Assembly (NCBI GenBank): GCA_951406725.2
Contig: OX597814.1
Location: forward strand, 139,500,001-139,564,000
Length of the DNA stretch: 64,000 bases
Direction: 5' to 3'
DNA from: Octopus vulgaris
Taxonomy: Eukaryota
This document shows positions 36,573-50,169 of the stretch, piece after piece. A program made the translations under genes and the position numbers. Position 1 is the stretch's first letter; the number at the start of each line of letters is the position of its first letter. The notes under the pieces were generated by a model that made no database searches, was not told where the DNA came from, and saw only the letters and a list, made by a program, of their open reading frames with translations.

Positions 36573-39194
36573 GGAGAGAGAGAGAGAGATAAAAAGATTA
36601 CTAAATATATGTGAGGGAGAAAGCAAAGACACAACAACAACAAAAAAGAAATAAAACGAGCAAGAAACTAATTAATTATCTAAATAAATAAATATATAAA
36701 CACACACACAAAAAAAAACAAACAAACAAAAAACTGTGATTAGCAGTTTGAAGATTTGAAACATGGATTAATAAATAGATCTAATGGATAGCTAGTGACT
36801 AGACAGGATATCTAAATAGATAATGTGGCTGCTAACTGACTGGACTCTTATGTTTATGAAGCTGTTCAAGAAACGAAGCAGGTAATTGGATCAAATGATT
36901 GACAAGAGTTTATGCTTTATAAATCTGAGGCAATTGTTGACTGGTGGATGGAGATTAACGACATAACGAGATTAATGTATTTGTTTATTCTGTTACTGGT
37001 TTTGCTTTTAAAGTTATTGAACTGCAGCTATGTTGAAGCACAGCATTTGAGGGGGTTTCAGTCTGTCATATTGAATTATATCGATCCTTGTATCTATTTC
37101 AGTCTGGTACTTTTTTTCAGCAATCGATATCTGTTGTTGAATGACTAAGATACCTGTTTTGCACCTGTAAACATAGTCACAAGCACAGACGCAAACACAC
37201 ATGCACACACTCACATGTGCATAGAGACACAGACACACACTCACATGGGTACACAGACACAGACATAGACACATTCTTTTATTCTTTTACTTGTTTCAGT
37301 CATTTGACTGTGGCCATGTTGCAGCACTGCGTTAAACATGGTTCCGGGTTCAGTTCCACTGCATGGCACCTTGGGCAAGTGTCTTTCTTTAGTCAAAGAA
37401 ATTGACCCCAAGAATTATTCTTTGTCAGCCTAATACTTATTCTATCAGTCTCTTTTGCCAAACCGCTAAGTTACAGGGACATAAACATACCAGCATCAGT
37501 TATCAAGTGATGGTGGGCGGGGGAACAAACACAGACCCACACACACACATAAACATGCACACACAAGCACACATACTACAGGCTTTTTTCAGTTTCTGTC
37601 GACCAAATCCACTCACAAGGCTTTGGTTGGCCCAAAGCTATAGTAGAAGACAGTCGACCAAGGTGCCATGCAGTAGGAGTGAACCTAGAACTGTTTCGTT
37701 GTGAAGCAAGCTTCTTACCACGCAGCCACACCTGTGCCTGTATATTTTGTATATATTTAGCTTCATTTTATGTCTGCTTTTCATGGGATGGGGAAGTTTT
37801 CTGAAGAAATGTTTTTCAAGACCAGATGCCCTTTCTGTAGCCAATCTCTTTAGTCTACTTGTAAGACAAGGAGGTATATATATGGGTATCTATTCTAAAA
37901 CCGGGATATATATGTTATTAAAAAAGAATCACATTGTCCTTCCTAAGCCATAGGCTCATCAGGCCAATCTCCTGGATTCTGTGGTGTATATATATATATA
38001 TATATATATATATGGAGAGAGAGAGAAAGATAAAAAGATTATTAAATATATGTGAGGGAGAAAGCAAAGACACAACAATAATAAAAAAAGCGAGCAAGAA
38101 ACTAATTAATTATATATATATATATATATATCTACACATAATAGTCCAACCCATGCTAGCATGGAAAGCAGACGTTAAACGATGATATATATATATATAT
38201 ATATTTATCCACTGCATGGGACATGAATCTATTGCAGGATTGCCCATTTTTACCAGCTGGGTGGATTGAAGCAAACTGAAATGAAGTATTTTGCTTAAGA
38301 ATACAACACATTACCTGCTCCAGGAATTGAAACCACAATCTTACAATCATGAGTGCAACACACTAATCACTAAGCCACATGCTTGCACTTATATATTACG
38401 TACATGTGCATATGCATACATACATGCATACCAAAATATACAAACATGCACACATACACATACATGCACATTAGGTGCAGGTGTGGTAATGGGTACAGAT
38501 GTGTCTATAAGCATAGGTGTGACATAGGTGCAAATGTGGCTATAGGTGCAGACATAGCTATAGATACACATGTGGCTGTGTGATTAAGAAGCTTGCATCT
38601 TGATCAACTGCAAATGACATGGTTTTGGGTTCAGTCCCACTGCATGGCATCTTGGACAAGTTTCTTCCTTTCTAGCTCTGGATTGTCAGTTGTCAGTGGA
38701 TTTGGTTGATGGAAACTGTAAGAAGCCTGCCATATATATATATGTACACACGTGTGTTTGTGTGTGTGTGTGTGTGTGCGTGCGCATCTGTTTTTGTGCA
38801 TGACCTTGTCTTGTCATTACATGATGGTTGTAAATGAGCATCACCTTTGTGCAAAAAAAGTTATTTGTTGTGCAAAACATGCCCAACCAAGGTGAAATAT
38901 TACTTTATTTGGAAACAGGTGAAAGTAGGTGGCAGAAAGAGCATCCAGTTGTGAAAAATTTGTCACAGCAAATTCTGTTTGACCCATCATTCAAGCATGG
39001 AAAAGTGGACATCGGAATGAAGATGATGATGATGATGATATATATGTGGCTGTGTGGTAAGTAGCTTGCTTACCAACCACATGGTTCCGGGTTCAGTTCC
39101 ACTGCATGGCACCTTGGGCAAGTGTCTTCTACTATAGCCTCAGGCCAACCAAAGCCTTGTGAGTGGATTTGGTTGACAGAAACTGAAAGAACCC

Positions 39195-39250
<56 letters not shown>

Positions 39251-39484
39251 GTGTGTGCATATGTTTGTGTGTCTGTGTTTGTCTCCCCAACATTGCTTGA
39301 CAACCAATGCTGGTGTGTTTACGTCCCCGTAACTTAGCGGTTCAGCAAAACAGACTGATAGAATAAGTACTAGGCTTACAAAGAATAAGTCCTGGGGTCG
39401 ATTTGCTAGATTAAAAGGCAGTGCTCCAGCATGGCCACAGTCACATGACTGAAACAAGTAAAAGAGTAAATGAGTATGTATATA

Positions 39485-39532
<48 letters not shown>

Positions 39533-40592
39533 CACACACACACACACTGTACACATGCATTGAAAGAGGGAGTGAGAGAGAGAGAAAAAAGAAGGAGAGA
39601 AAGAGAGAAAATAAGAAAGACTTACCCCTGTTTGTGAGAGACTCTTTGGCAATTTTATAACAGCAAAAATTCCAAACATCGGTGACAAAACCAATAATCC
39701 AATAATTTTTTGATGCAGAATACCTTGTGGTATTTATTTTACTGAGTTATTCAGGCAATCCTTTTATTACTCTCAACATTGGAAATGTAATGAACCAGTG
39801 ATTGGCTCATTGGAAATCAATGTAATCAATAATACCATTGGTTGCAAAATGTCATAAAAATTTGCTCACAACCATCAGCTTTTTATGTCCACTTTTCTTG
39901 CCGCTATGTCTTGACAGCTTGTTATGGCAGAGTGGCTGGGTGCTCTTCCTGTCAATAATTCTTTTACTCATCTGTTACAACATATAGGGATGCTGTGTAC
40001 CTACCCATACTGAAACCAGGGTACAATGATACATGCTTTAACAAATTGTAACTTAAAGTAAATGTTTAAAACTTGTTGAGCAAGTGTCTTCTACTATAAC
40101 CCTCGATAACCCTGGTGCCAACCAAGGGCTTGAGCATGAATTTGCAAGACAGAAATTGTGTGGAAGCCATCAGGTGTGTGCATCTATGTATATGTATATA
40201 TATGTGTGTGTACATATATATTATATATATATGTATATATATATATATACCAGCACCGCCTCGACTGGCTTCCGTGTCGGTGGCACGTAAAAAGCACCAT
40301 CCGAATCGTGGCCGAAGCCAGTGCCGCCTCGACTGGCTTCCGTGCAGGTGGCACGTAAAATGCACCAATCCGACCGTGGCTGATGCCAGCCCGCCTGGCA
40401 CCAGTGCAGGTGGCACGTAAAAAGCACCCACTACACTCATGGAGTGGTTGACGTTAGGAAGGGCATCCAGCTGTAGAAACATTGCCAGATAAGACCGGAG
40501 CCTGGTGCAGCCTTCTGGCTTCCCAGATCCCCGGTCGAACCGTCCAACCCATACTAGCATGGAGAACGGACGTTAAACGATGATGATGATGA

Positions 40593-40638
<46 letters not shown>

Positions 40639-40688
40639 GTAATGTATATGTATGTATGAATGTATGTATGTATGTATGTATGAATGTA

Positions 40689-40862
40689 TGTATGTATGTA
40701 TGTATGTCTGCAATGTTTGCAGTCATGTATGCTTGTCAAGAGCAGGGCTCATTAGCCACCAACGGAGCTGCAAATGCAAAATATAAGTTAGTTCTAGAGC
40801 GCACAATGTTCCTGAAGGTCGGCAATGGTCTTCCTCAGTCACGAGTGGACGGCCATCATCAT
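40689..40862 (+). mobile_element. RTE-clade LINE 3' end within (TATG)n
   Basis: CNVCSHVCLSRAGLISHQRSCKCKI*, a C-terminal C2HC-like motif, then a short UTR and (CAT)n tail. Confidence 0.65.
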
Positions 40863-41071
40863 CATGTATGTATGTATGTATGTATGTATGTATGTATGTA
40901 TGTATGTATGTATGTATGTATGTATGTATGTATGTATGTATGTATGTATGAATGTATGTATGTGTGTATGTATGTATGTATGTATGTATTTATATATGCA
41001 TGTGTGTGTGTGTCTGTATATATATATATATAAAACAAAGTTATTTTATTCCACAGGGGCAGAAATATAGG

Positions 41072-42060
41072 AAAAATAGAAGTGGAAAATGCACTGAGAA
41101 TAGTTAAAATATTTTTTATTAATATATTTGAAGCTTTAACCGGTTTCACAATTTACACACATTTTCAAAAAATTCAAATAGAAAGACATGGCTTATGTTG
41201 CAGCTGTTTTGCTTCCTACTAGTGTTTGAAACTTGCCCTATTTTTATAGGGAGATCATGGCTCATATTAGTATATGTTTTGAATAGGATTTGATTGGTAG
41301 AAGATAGTCACATGACTGGTCTTAGAAATTTTTGCAGGTCCCCGCCACACTGCTATGATTGTATGTTAGTATCAAGTTACAATATTTGGCATCATAAGTT
41401 AAGGCTGATATAGTTGACTGAACATGTCCAAACAACCTATGCTCTGAATGTTTTCTGCCAAGTGTTTGTATGATTAAGTTTATAACCTTTTGTACGTTTC
41501 TCACTCAGTCCATGTATTAGTGTCAGGTGACAGTATATTAAGTATATTTTTGCCCCACAAAAGAAGGCTGACACAGATGAGTGAAGATGTTTAGTTATAA
41601 TTAAGGCACACCAAATTTAATCTGTCTGGTGGGAGAGTGGACCGGAGTCATTTGTATGTAGTGCAGTGACTAAAGTTTAAATTGTTAGCTGTGTAGGTTC
41701 CTCATAAGTAACAGAATGAGTTTTGTGTGTGAATAGTTATTTGTGTATATACTCTGTTAAAATCTGTTAAGTCTTGGTTTGTACTTTTGTATGAAAGTAT
41801 TTTCTTTGACTGGTAGACTATCTTCTACCAATCAAATCCTATTCAAAACAAATACTAATTTGAGCCATGAATTCCCTATAAAAATAGGGCAAGCTTCAAA
41901 CACTAGTCAGAAGCAAGAATGCAAGGCAGCTGCGACATAAGCTATATATTTCTGTTTGAACTTTTTGAAAATCATTGTAAACTGTGAAACTGGTTAAAGC
42001 TTCAAACACATTAATAAAAATATTTTAATTATTCTCAATACATTTTCAACTTCTTTTTTT
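41072..42060. mobile_element. Element with ~240-bp inverted repeats, probably Penelope pseudo-LTR derived
   Basis: 41072-41309 is a diverged reverse complement of 41816-42060. Each arm holds GAAAC(C/T)GGTTAAAGC, a hammerhead-like 3' half. Flanked by (TA)n. Confidence 0.6.
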
Positions 42061-42191
42061 GCTATGTATGTATATATATACATATATATATATATATATC
42101 ATTTGTAAAAAACATAGATCTGAAAGAAGAAGCACACTCTAAGATGTAGAGCTTTATATTAAAAATGAGGAAGGCCGGTTTACCAGGTTTT

Positions 42192-42252
42192 GGGATCTGA
42201 TGATACGCCATAAAGCAAAACACTTAAGGACAAGAAACCTAAGGTAATTCCA
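42192..42252 (+). ncRNA. Candidate hammerhead ribozyme motif inside a 29-bp inverted repeat
   Basis: GGGAT-CTGATGA-(30 nt, weak stem II)-GAAA-CCTAAAGG-TA-ATTCC. Stem I GGGAT/ATTCC, stem III ACC(T)/(A)GGT, GUA site. Confidence 0.55.
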
Positions 42253-42295
42253 TAAACCGGCCTTCCCCATTTTTAATATAATATAATTTAATATA

Positions 42296-42332
<37 letters not shown>

Positions 42333-42754
42333 AACCCATGCCTGCATAGAAAAAGGCCATTAAATGATGATGATGATGATGATGATATATATATATATAT
42401 ATATATGAGAATTTGTTTTTGAAAATGCACCTGAATTTGGAAATTTTCTAATTATTTTAAAATAAATTTATTTACCTATATATCAAGCTAGTTTCAACAA
42501 TTCTTTGTTTATCAATGTTATAAACGTATATAAAACAATGGGATTTTAAAAGTGAAGTAGAAAACATGTTTAAATGATTAAATGTTCACAAAATTCAATG
42601 ACAGGGGTAGAAAATATCAAAAATGATTGGTGAAGAATATAAAAAATGTGAATTACTAAAAGTTCGGTAATGCTGAATTATTATAGAATACGTGGATACG
42701 AGAGAGAAATAAGAAAAGAGAGAGGGAGGGAGAGAGAGATAACTAGTTAGATAG

Positions 42755-42835
<81 letters not shown>

Positions 42836-42999
42836 GGCAGGCAGACAGAGACAGACAGTTGTAAGCCTCAATAAAGTCAGTAAGTTACTCTTCCCATGCA
42901 AACATTTACCGCTATAGCCTCAGGCTGACCAAGGCCATATAAGCGGATTTGGTAGATGGAAACTGAAAGAAGCTCATCATACACACACACACACACATA

Positions 43000-43614
43000 T
43001 ACGTGGTCTGATCAATAAGTATCCGGACTGTTGTCATAGTAACAAAGCTAAAACACACAGAGTGAAGTGTCTTTTTGGTCATCTGAAAGCAGTTTTGGCA
43101 CAAACTTGGCAGACATGCATCTCATACTCAAATCTTCAGTGATAATGGACTGAACTGAACTGAACTGTAACTAATCTGCACATCCTCTGATAACTCACAG
43201 ATGGTGATTTGACAATTTCCCCTCACAGCTACACACACATCTGCAATGTTTTTCTCAGTTCTCAGAACATTTGTCAATATTGACATTTTTTTGGTCATCT
43301 TGGAAAGGTCTGAACCACTCACACACTAGTGTACAGCTCATACACTCCTCTCCATACAATTTCTGCAAACTTGTGTAGGCCTCTGAACAGGTATCGCCAC
43401 GACAACTTCCTCTGTCATGGTCAATGCAACAATCACACACAACACACCTTCCTTCTGAGCACTGCTGTAAACAGCAGAAGTGAGCTAGAATGTTAAAACT
43501 TAGTGCACATGCACAGCAGCATTCAAGGTCAATCTGTGTCCAGTGGCTCTATTCTGCATGCTTTAGCTTTGTTACTATGGCAACAGTCTGGATACTTATT
43601 AATCAGAACTCGTA
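43000..43614 (-). mobile_element. Internally deleted mariner inserted in a family A SINE
   Basis: About 50-bp TIRs (cgtggtctgatcaataagtatccggactgttg / caacagtctggatacttattaatcagaactcg) with TA ends. Minus-strand N-terminal remnant GDTCSEAYTSLQKLYGEECMS..VCEWF..AKFVPKLLSDDQK. Confidence 0.9.
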
Positions 43615-43888
43615 TATGTATGCATACATCTAAGTGTGTGTGTCTGTATTTGTACCTCCATCACTGCTTGACAACTGGTGTTGATGTGTTCACATCTCCA
43701 TAACTTAGCAATTCAGTCAAAGAGACCAATGGAATAAGTACTAGGCTTAAAAAATAAGTCCTGGGGTCGATTTGTTCAACTAAAATCCTTCAAGGTGGTA
43801 CTCGAGCATGGCCACAATCAAATGAGTGAAACAGATAAAAGAATAAAAGAATATACACACACATACCCACATCATAGATAGATAGATT

Positions 43889-43939
<51 letters not shown>

Positions 43940-43945
43940 GGATAA

Positions 43946-43979
<34 letters not shown>

Positions 43980-43985
43980 GGATAA

Positions 43986-44056
<71 letters not shown>

Positions 44057-44264
44057 TCCAGAAATCAAACCTGAGACCATGTGGTTGAGAAGCAAACTTC
44101 TTACCACACAGCCATGCCAGCTCTTGCCCATTTGCAAAATTAGCTTCTTTGATGAAAATAATCCGCTATTTTAATTTTTAACTAAAAAAAATCATTGAGT
44201 GGAGAGTACAAAAAGCCACTAAACTAGTGGTTGTGACAAAATACTAGGTCACACCTATGAATGA

Positions 44265-46749
44265 TATAAGTTTTTTACAGTCATTTTCATGTTTGTCATT
44301 CAATTTGATAACCGGGTCATTCAAAGTCACGAAAAATGTTAGCACCATGGTGTTAGCCATTCAAATTCATTTTTCAATCATTGAATTTCGCACTTCGGTC
44401 AAAGCGTTTAGCATTCACATCATTCAAATTAAAATGCCCGTCGAGAACATTCAAATTAGTCGGAATGCAAGGAAGTATCTTTTTGAGCATTCAAATTCGT
44501 ACATGAGGATTCGAGTTCAGAATAAGTTTATTCAATTTAGCACAAATTTTACATGTGTGTTTTTACTCACATTCTAGGAAGTGAATGTTAGAAATGACAA
44601 ATTTAAATGACATGTTTTGTCATTCAAAATTTTATTAGATTGTTATAGCTACAAGGAAGAAATAAATTATGTGATTCTTCTGTCCATGAAAGTCTTTTTC
44701 ATTGCAACATTCGTAACCAGTCAGTATCAGTTGCATTTTATATCCCTTTCTCTTACACCAACTTGTAATCATGGAGCCATGCATAACGTACATGCATATA
44801 TTGGAAAAAGATAGGGCAAAACTGGTTGACATCTCCAAGAGGCATCAAACTGATTACCTGCAACTGGCAGACACACTTGGCAGTAAAAGGAATACCATCC
44901 GATCCATAGTAGTGACATACCTATAGTCTAGGAGGCACCCCAAGTTGCCCAGAGGAGGTACCCACCATATTAAGGTTGATGAGGAAATGCAAGTCAGGTT
45001 CCAGGTGATTATTGATGCCAACCCACTCGCAACCCATCAACAGATGAAGAAGGACTTAGAGGCAGCATTACATGGAAAGCTGCCTGTTTCCGTGTCTGAG
45101 ATCTCATGAGCTCTAGATAGGATGCTGATAACTATGAAGTTGGCTGAAGACGTCCCAGATGCAAGCAATGCCCCAAAAGTGATATGAGTATGAGCATTGG
45201 TTCATGGAAGAGGGAGTCGTTGGCCATTGTGTATTCATTGGTGAATGTGGGTGCAACATTTGGACCAGACAGTTTTTTGGACAAATCCCTCGGGGCATTC
45301 CTGTTCACTGAGTTATCAACCATCAGCATGGGAAAAACTGCAAAGTCACTTTTGCAGTGAGGGGAGAAATTGGCCTGGTTCACAACTCCATACACAAAAC
45401 TCTTTTGAGGGGTTCTTGGCAGAAGGTTCGAGCATGTGCCAACATGTTCCCAGTGGATGAATTCATCTATTTGATATACTTGATCTACGTGTGGCCACAC
45501 ATTTGTACCAAACTCCCAGCTGACACCAACCCATGGATCAGGCTGAAGCTCATGCCTCCTTTCTCACTGTTTCTTAATTGTAGGGAAATGGTACATTCTG
45601 CCTTTAAGGTGGCTGTCAAGCAGGATCTTGCTTAAACTGAGTTACAGCAAAAGTTTGGCAACTGGGCAACTGCAGAAGAAGCTGGCATGACCATGGAAGA
45701 ATGGCAAGTACATGACACACAACAGGTTACAAGGTGTAACATCAACACTATCACTCCAGAAAATTGTGTTCATTGGTATAGGCAGACCCAAACCTACCTC
45801 CTGAGATGCCTTGACCACCAGGAAATAGATGGCTAAATCCTCTCAAATGAACTCTCCTTATCAAGATTGTAAATCAATAATTTATTTCTTTACTACCCAC
45901 AAGGGGCTAAACACAGAGGGGACAAACAGATTAAGTCAATTACATCAACCCCAGTGCGTAACTGATACTTAATTTATCGACCCTGAAAGGATGAAAGGCA
46001 AAGTCGACCATGGCGGAATTTGAACTCAGAACGTAACGGCAGACAAAATACGGCTACGCATTTCGCCCAGCGTGCTAACGTTTCTGCCGGCTCGCTGCCT
46101 TAATAACTCAATAATTATTTTAATGTACATAGCACCCTTTCCCTGATGAAAGGAAAAAGTGCAAAATCAAAGAATTATATACTTTTCCCAACAAGATATA
46201 TTATGCATCAGAAGAACATATATTAATCACAACATAGTGTATTCAAAATCAAAGAAAACGAGCATCTGTTGTAATTATTTCTTTAAAAAGATTGAGAAGG
46301 CTAGAATGCAATTTCATGAAGTCTTTAACAATAAATACATGTACCTATGCAAAAATAAAAGATTACATAGAAACGACATAGGCAAGATAGAGTGCTTAAA
46401 GCATAAACAATGGATGAAAACACATGATTATGATAACAATGATCATGAGATAAGACTAAAATTGCTATCCTGCTAATTTGATTGCTTGAAGTGTTAAACA
46501 GATTGCTTCAAAACAAATTTGAATGCTCGAAAAGACACTTCTTTGCATTCTGTCTAATTTGAAAGCTCTCAACGAGGATTTTAATTTGAATGATATAAAT
46601 GTTAAATTCTTTGACCAAAGTGCAAAATCGAATGATTGAAAAACGAATTTGAATGACTAACTTCATGGTGCTAATTATTTTCACAACTTTGAATAACCTG
46701 ATTATCAAATTGAATGACAAATGTACAAAAATGACAGCAAAAACCTATA
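44265..46749 (+). mobile_element. IS630/Tc1-type DDE transposon with ~235-bp TIRs
   Basis: 44265-44500 is a diverged reverse complement of 46513-46749, TA at both ends, enclosing a transposase pseudogene and a SINE B insertion. Confidence 0.85.
44771..45836 (+). pseudogene. Tc1/IS630-like transposase pseudogene
   Basis: MEPC..DYLQLADTLGSKRNTIRSIV..PRGGTHHIKVDEEM..HCVFIGECGCNIWT..MPPFSLFLNCREMVHSAFK..ITPENCVHWYRQTQTYLLRCL..G*. Stops and frameshifts; first catalytic D reads as G. Confidence 0.8.
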
Positions 46750-48221
46750 TTAGCTAGAGACATGTAACCTGTCTAGTAGAGGACAGGTTACCAGTCTGTG
46801 ACAGGTAATATTCACCTCGTTATCTGGAACATTTTGCTATAGATCAGTAGCCTATGTTCTTCTATCTTTTATTTTTTCACTTGTTTCAGTTATTAGACTG
46901 CAGCCATGCCAGGACACTGCCTTGAAGAATCACTTTTTTTTTCTTGTTGTTCAATAAATCGACCTCCACTACTTATTTTTCCTTTTAAGCCTGGTTCTTA
47001 TTCTGTCAGTCACTTTTGCTGAACAGCTAAGTTACAGGGCCATAAACAAACCAACACTGGTTGTCAAGTGATGGGGATGGGGTGACAAACACACACACAT
47101 ATGATGGACTTCCCTCAGTTTCCATCTATCAAATCCACTCACAACTCTTTGGTCAGCCTGAGGCTATAGTAGAAGATACTTGCTCAAAGTGTCATGCAGT
47201 GGGATTGAACTCAGGACCACATGGTTGGGAAGTAAGCTTCTTACCACACAGCCATGCCTGCACCTTCATATAGAAGATTTTCATCTGATCTGTTTAATAC
47301 CCCTTGGTGGTTTGCTAGAGACATTGTCAATAGCATCTACATATGAGGTGAGAACACTGACAACTGGGTCAATAAAGAACCGCTTATCTAATTATATTAA
47401 TTAGATCAACAGTTGATCTAATTAGCACCTTTATCTGGTTACAACTTCTTCATATTCTGACAAGAATAACATCTCAACCATTTTTCTCTTTTCCCTTCTT
47501 TTCCTGAGCATCCACAAGCACACATGTACACACACACACACACACACACACACTCGTACACATGCACACATGCACACACACACACACTCGCACACACACG
47601 CACACATACATACACATGTACATACATGCACACATATACACACACATACACACTCAAACACTCACACACACACATGCACACACACGCACACATACATACG
47701 CATGTACATACATGCACACATATACACACACCTACACACACAAACACTCACACACACACATGCACACACACACTCACTCACACAAACATAAACACATTTA
47801 CTCAAAAGGAAGTCTGATATGAATACGTGTATGTGTGCATGTATATATATATATATGTGGCTATGTTGATGTACTACTGAACATATATTAGCATGTTTTC
47901 AATAATTTACTGTCAAGTTTTTATAACTTGTTGATGTTATTTTTATTGCTCTCTTCAAAATATATAAAACAACTTGATATTCTGTTTGTGTTTTATGTGA
48001 GCCTGATTCACAATTCCAACATGACAGTAGAATGCATCCTAAAACTATAGACAAAATATTGAACAGGTCTTGTACACTTTGAGCAATGCAACAAAAACAT
48101 TCACAAGTCGTAAAATATTTATGGAAAACTATTAATACTTTGTTATTATCATACTTTCAATGTCATTCATAAATACATAAATAAATGAATATATATATAT
48201 ATATATATATATATAGATGTT

Positions 48222-48300
<79 letters not shown>

Positions 48301-50169
48301 GGATAGATAGATAGATAGGTAAGGATATAGATATATATGTACATACATATTTGCGCACATAAATACTGAATGTTTATAACTATACAGCTATTCATTTGAA
48401 TATAATATCATTAAGTGCTATACATACATACATACATACATACACACATACATACATACATACATACATACATACATACATACATACATACAAACATACA
48501 TACATACATACACACTCACATATATATATATATATCAGAATTTTTGTTGTATAAAATAAAATATATTTCTTTCATGCATCATGAGTTTTATAGCCTCGTT
48601 CATAAGCTTACCTATATCTTTATGATATTGGGTGTATATATATATATATATATTCATTTATTTATATAAACACAAACATAAAGACATAACCACACATACA
48701 TGAGTCATTATATTTTATTTTATCATTTTATGGTTTATTTCACTTTACCATTTGCGTATTTTTTACAGTTTGACACGTTATTTTTGTACTCAAAGTGTTT
48801 CATGGTCTGACTTTTATTCAAGTAGACACCCCATCATGGAGAGGTCTTATTCTTTAGTCTCATCATTATAATGATACCAGAGTGTGTCTTCTTAAAAGTA
48901 TCACCATATTTTTAGCTTCTTGGAAATGCCTTTTAGTATTCAGACTTAAATCTGGGATTCAGAAAAATACTCATTTGTGTACATGCACATGCACATGTGT
49001 ATGTGTGTGTGTGTGTGTGCGCGCACGTGTGTATGTGTACATGTGTATGTACATGCACATATGTTTTAAACTGCCATTAATGTTTTTCTCACAAAACCTT
49101 TCTTTTTATATACAAGTACAAATGTTTTGTCACCAACCAACACAGAAGCCCTATAGACTTCTTCAAATAAATACAAACTTCTCTGAAGCTTATTGCTTTT
49201 AAAAGGCTTTCTGAAAAAGAGTTTATAATGAATAACATAATAACATATAAAATAAGATAACAATTTTTTGTAAAATAAGCCAATGATCTGGTTAGGAGAA
49301 TTTTCAGTTAGAACTGGTTCTTTGTCACTAATGTCTTTAAAAATGACATCAACACAACAAAATTCCTATTTGCCTCTTTGTAAAAGAAAAAAAAATACCA
49401 ATATATCTATATTCATTGCTGATTTATAATGGCATAATTTTAGTGCTTACTTATCTGGGCATAAATATTTTTTTTATAAGTTGTAGTGAAATCGGATTAA
49501 CTCAGTATTGTAGGATTATTGTGATAATTATTTAGATCAGAACAAATTAAAGCCAAACCATAATGAGCAACGATAGCCATAATTTTCTTTCATCTTCATT
49601 ATAATGTACTTGGCCTATCTTACATACTTTTTGACTCAATCAAATATCTTTAATAAAATGTAATAGATTATAATAAAAGTAAAATAGTGACATATATTAA
49701 GTTTACATGAGGAAAGGAGATATGTAATATTTCAAACAGAGCCCAAACAACTCAATGAAGTCTTAGACTTAGTTTAGCAGTTTTGAGCTTCTGTAATTGC
49801 CCACGCACAATACATCTCCTTTAAACTTGTCACAGTTGATGATTTTGCTACACCAGTCATTAAGGTTAACAACTATTCTTAAAACATTTTTTGGCTAGAT
49901 ACAACAAATAGCGTCATAATATTGATTTCAAATTTTGACACAAGGCCAGCAAATTCAGAGGAAGGATTAAGTTAATTACATCGGCCCCAATGCTTGGCTG
50001 GTACTCATTTTATCGACCCTGAAATGATAAAAGGCAAAGTCAAGCACAACGGAATTTGAACTCAGAATGTAAAGACAGATGAAATGCCACTAAGCAATTT
50101 TTCTGGCATGCTAACAATTCTGCCAGTTTGTCACCTTAAATGGCTTTATAATATTGTTCCTTTTTATCA

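Noticed and set aside
44257-44577. Paralogous ORF pair with 46508-46720
   Set aside because: The similarity comes from the transposon's inverted repeats.
48700-49900. Repeat-poor AT-rich stretch as a possible 3' UTR (also 18200-19400, 62880-63560)
   Set aside because: No linked exon or other supporting signal visible.
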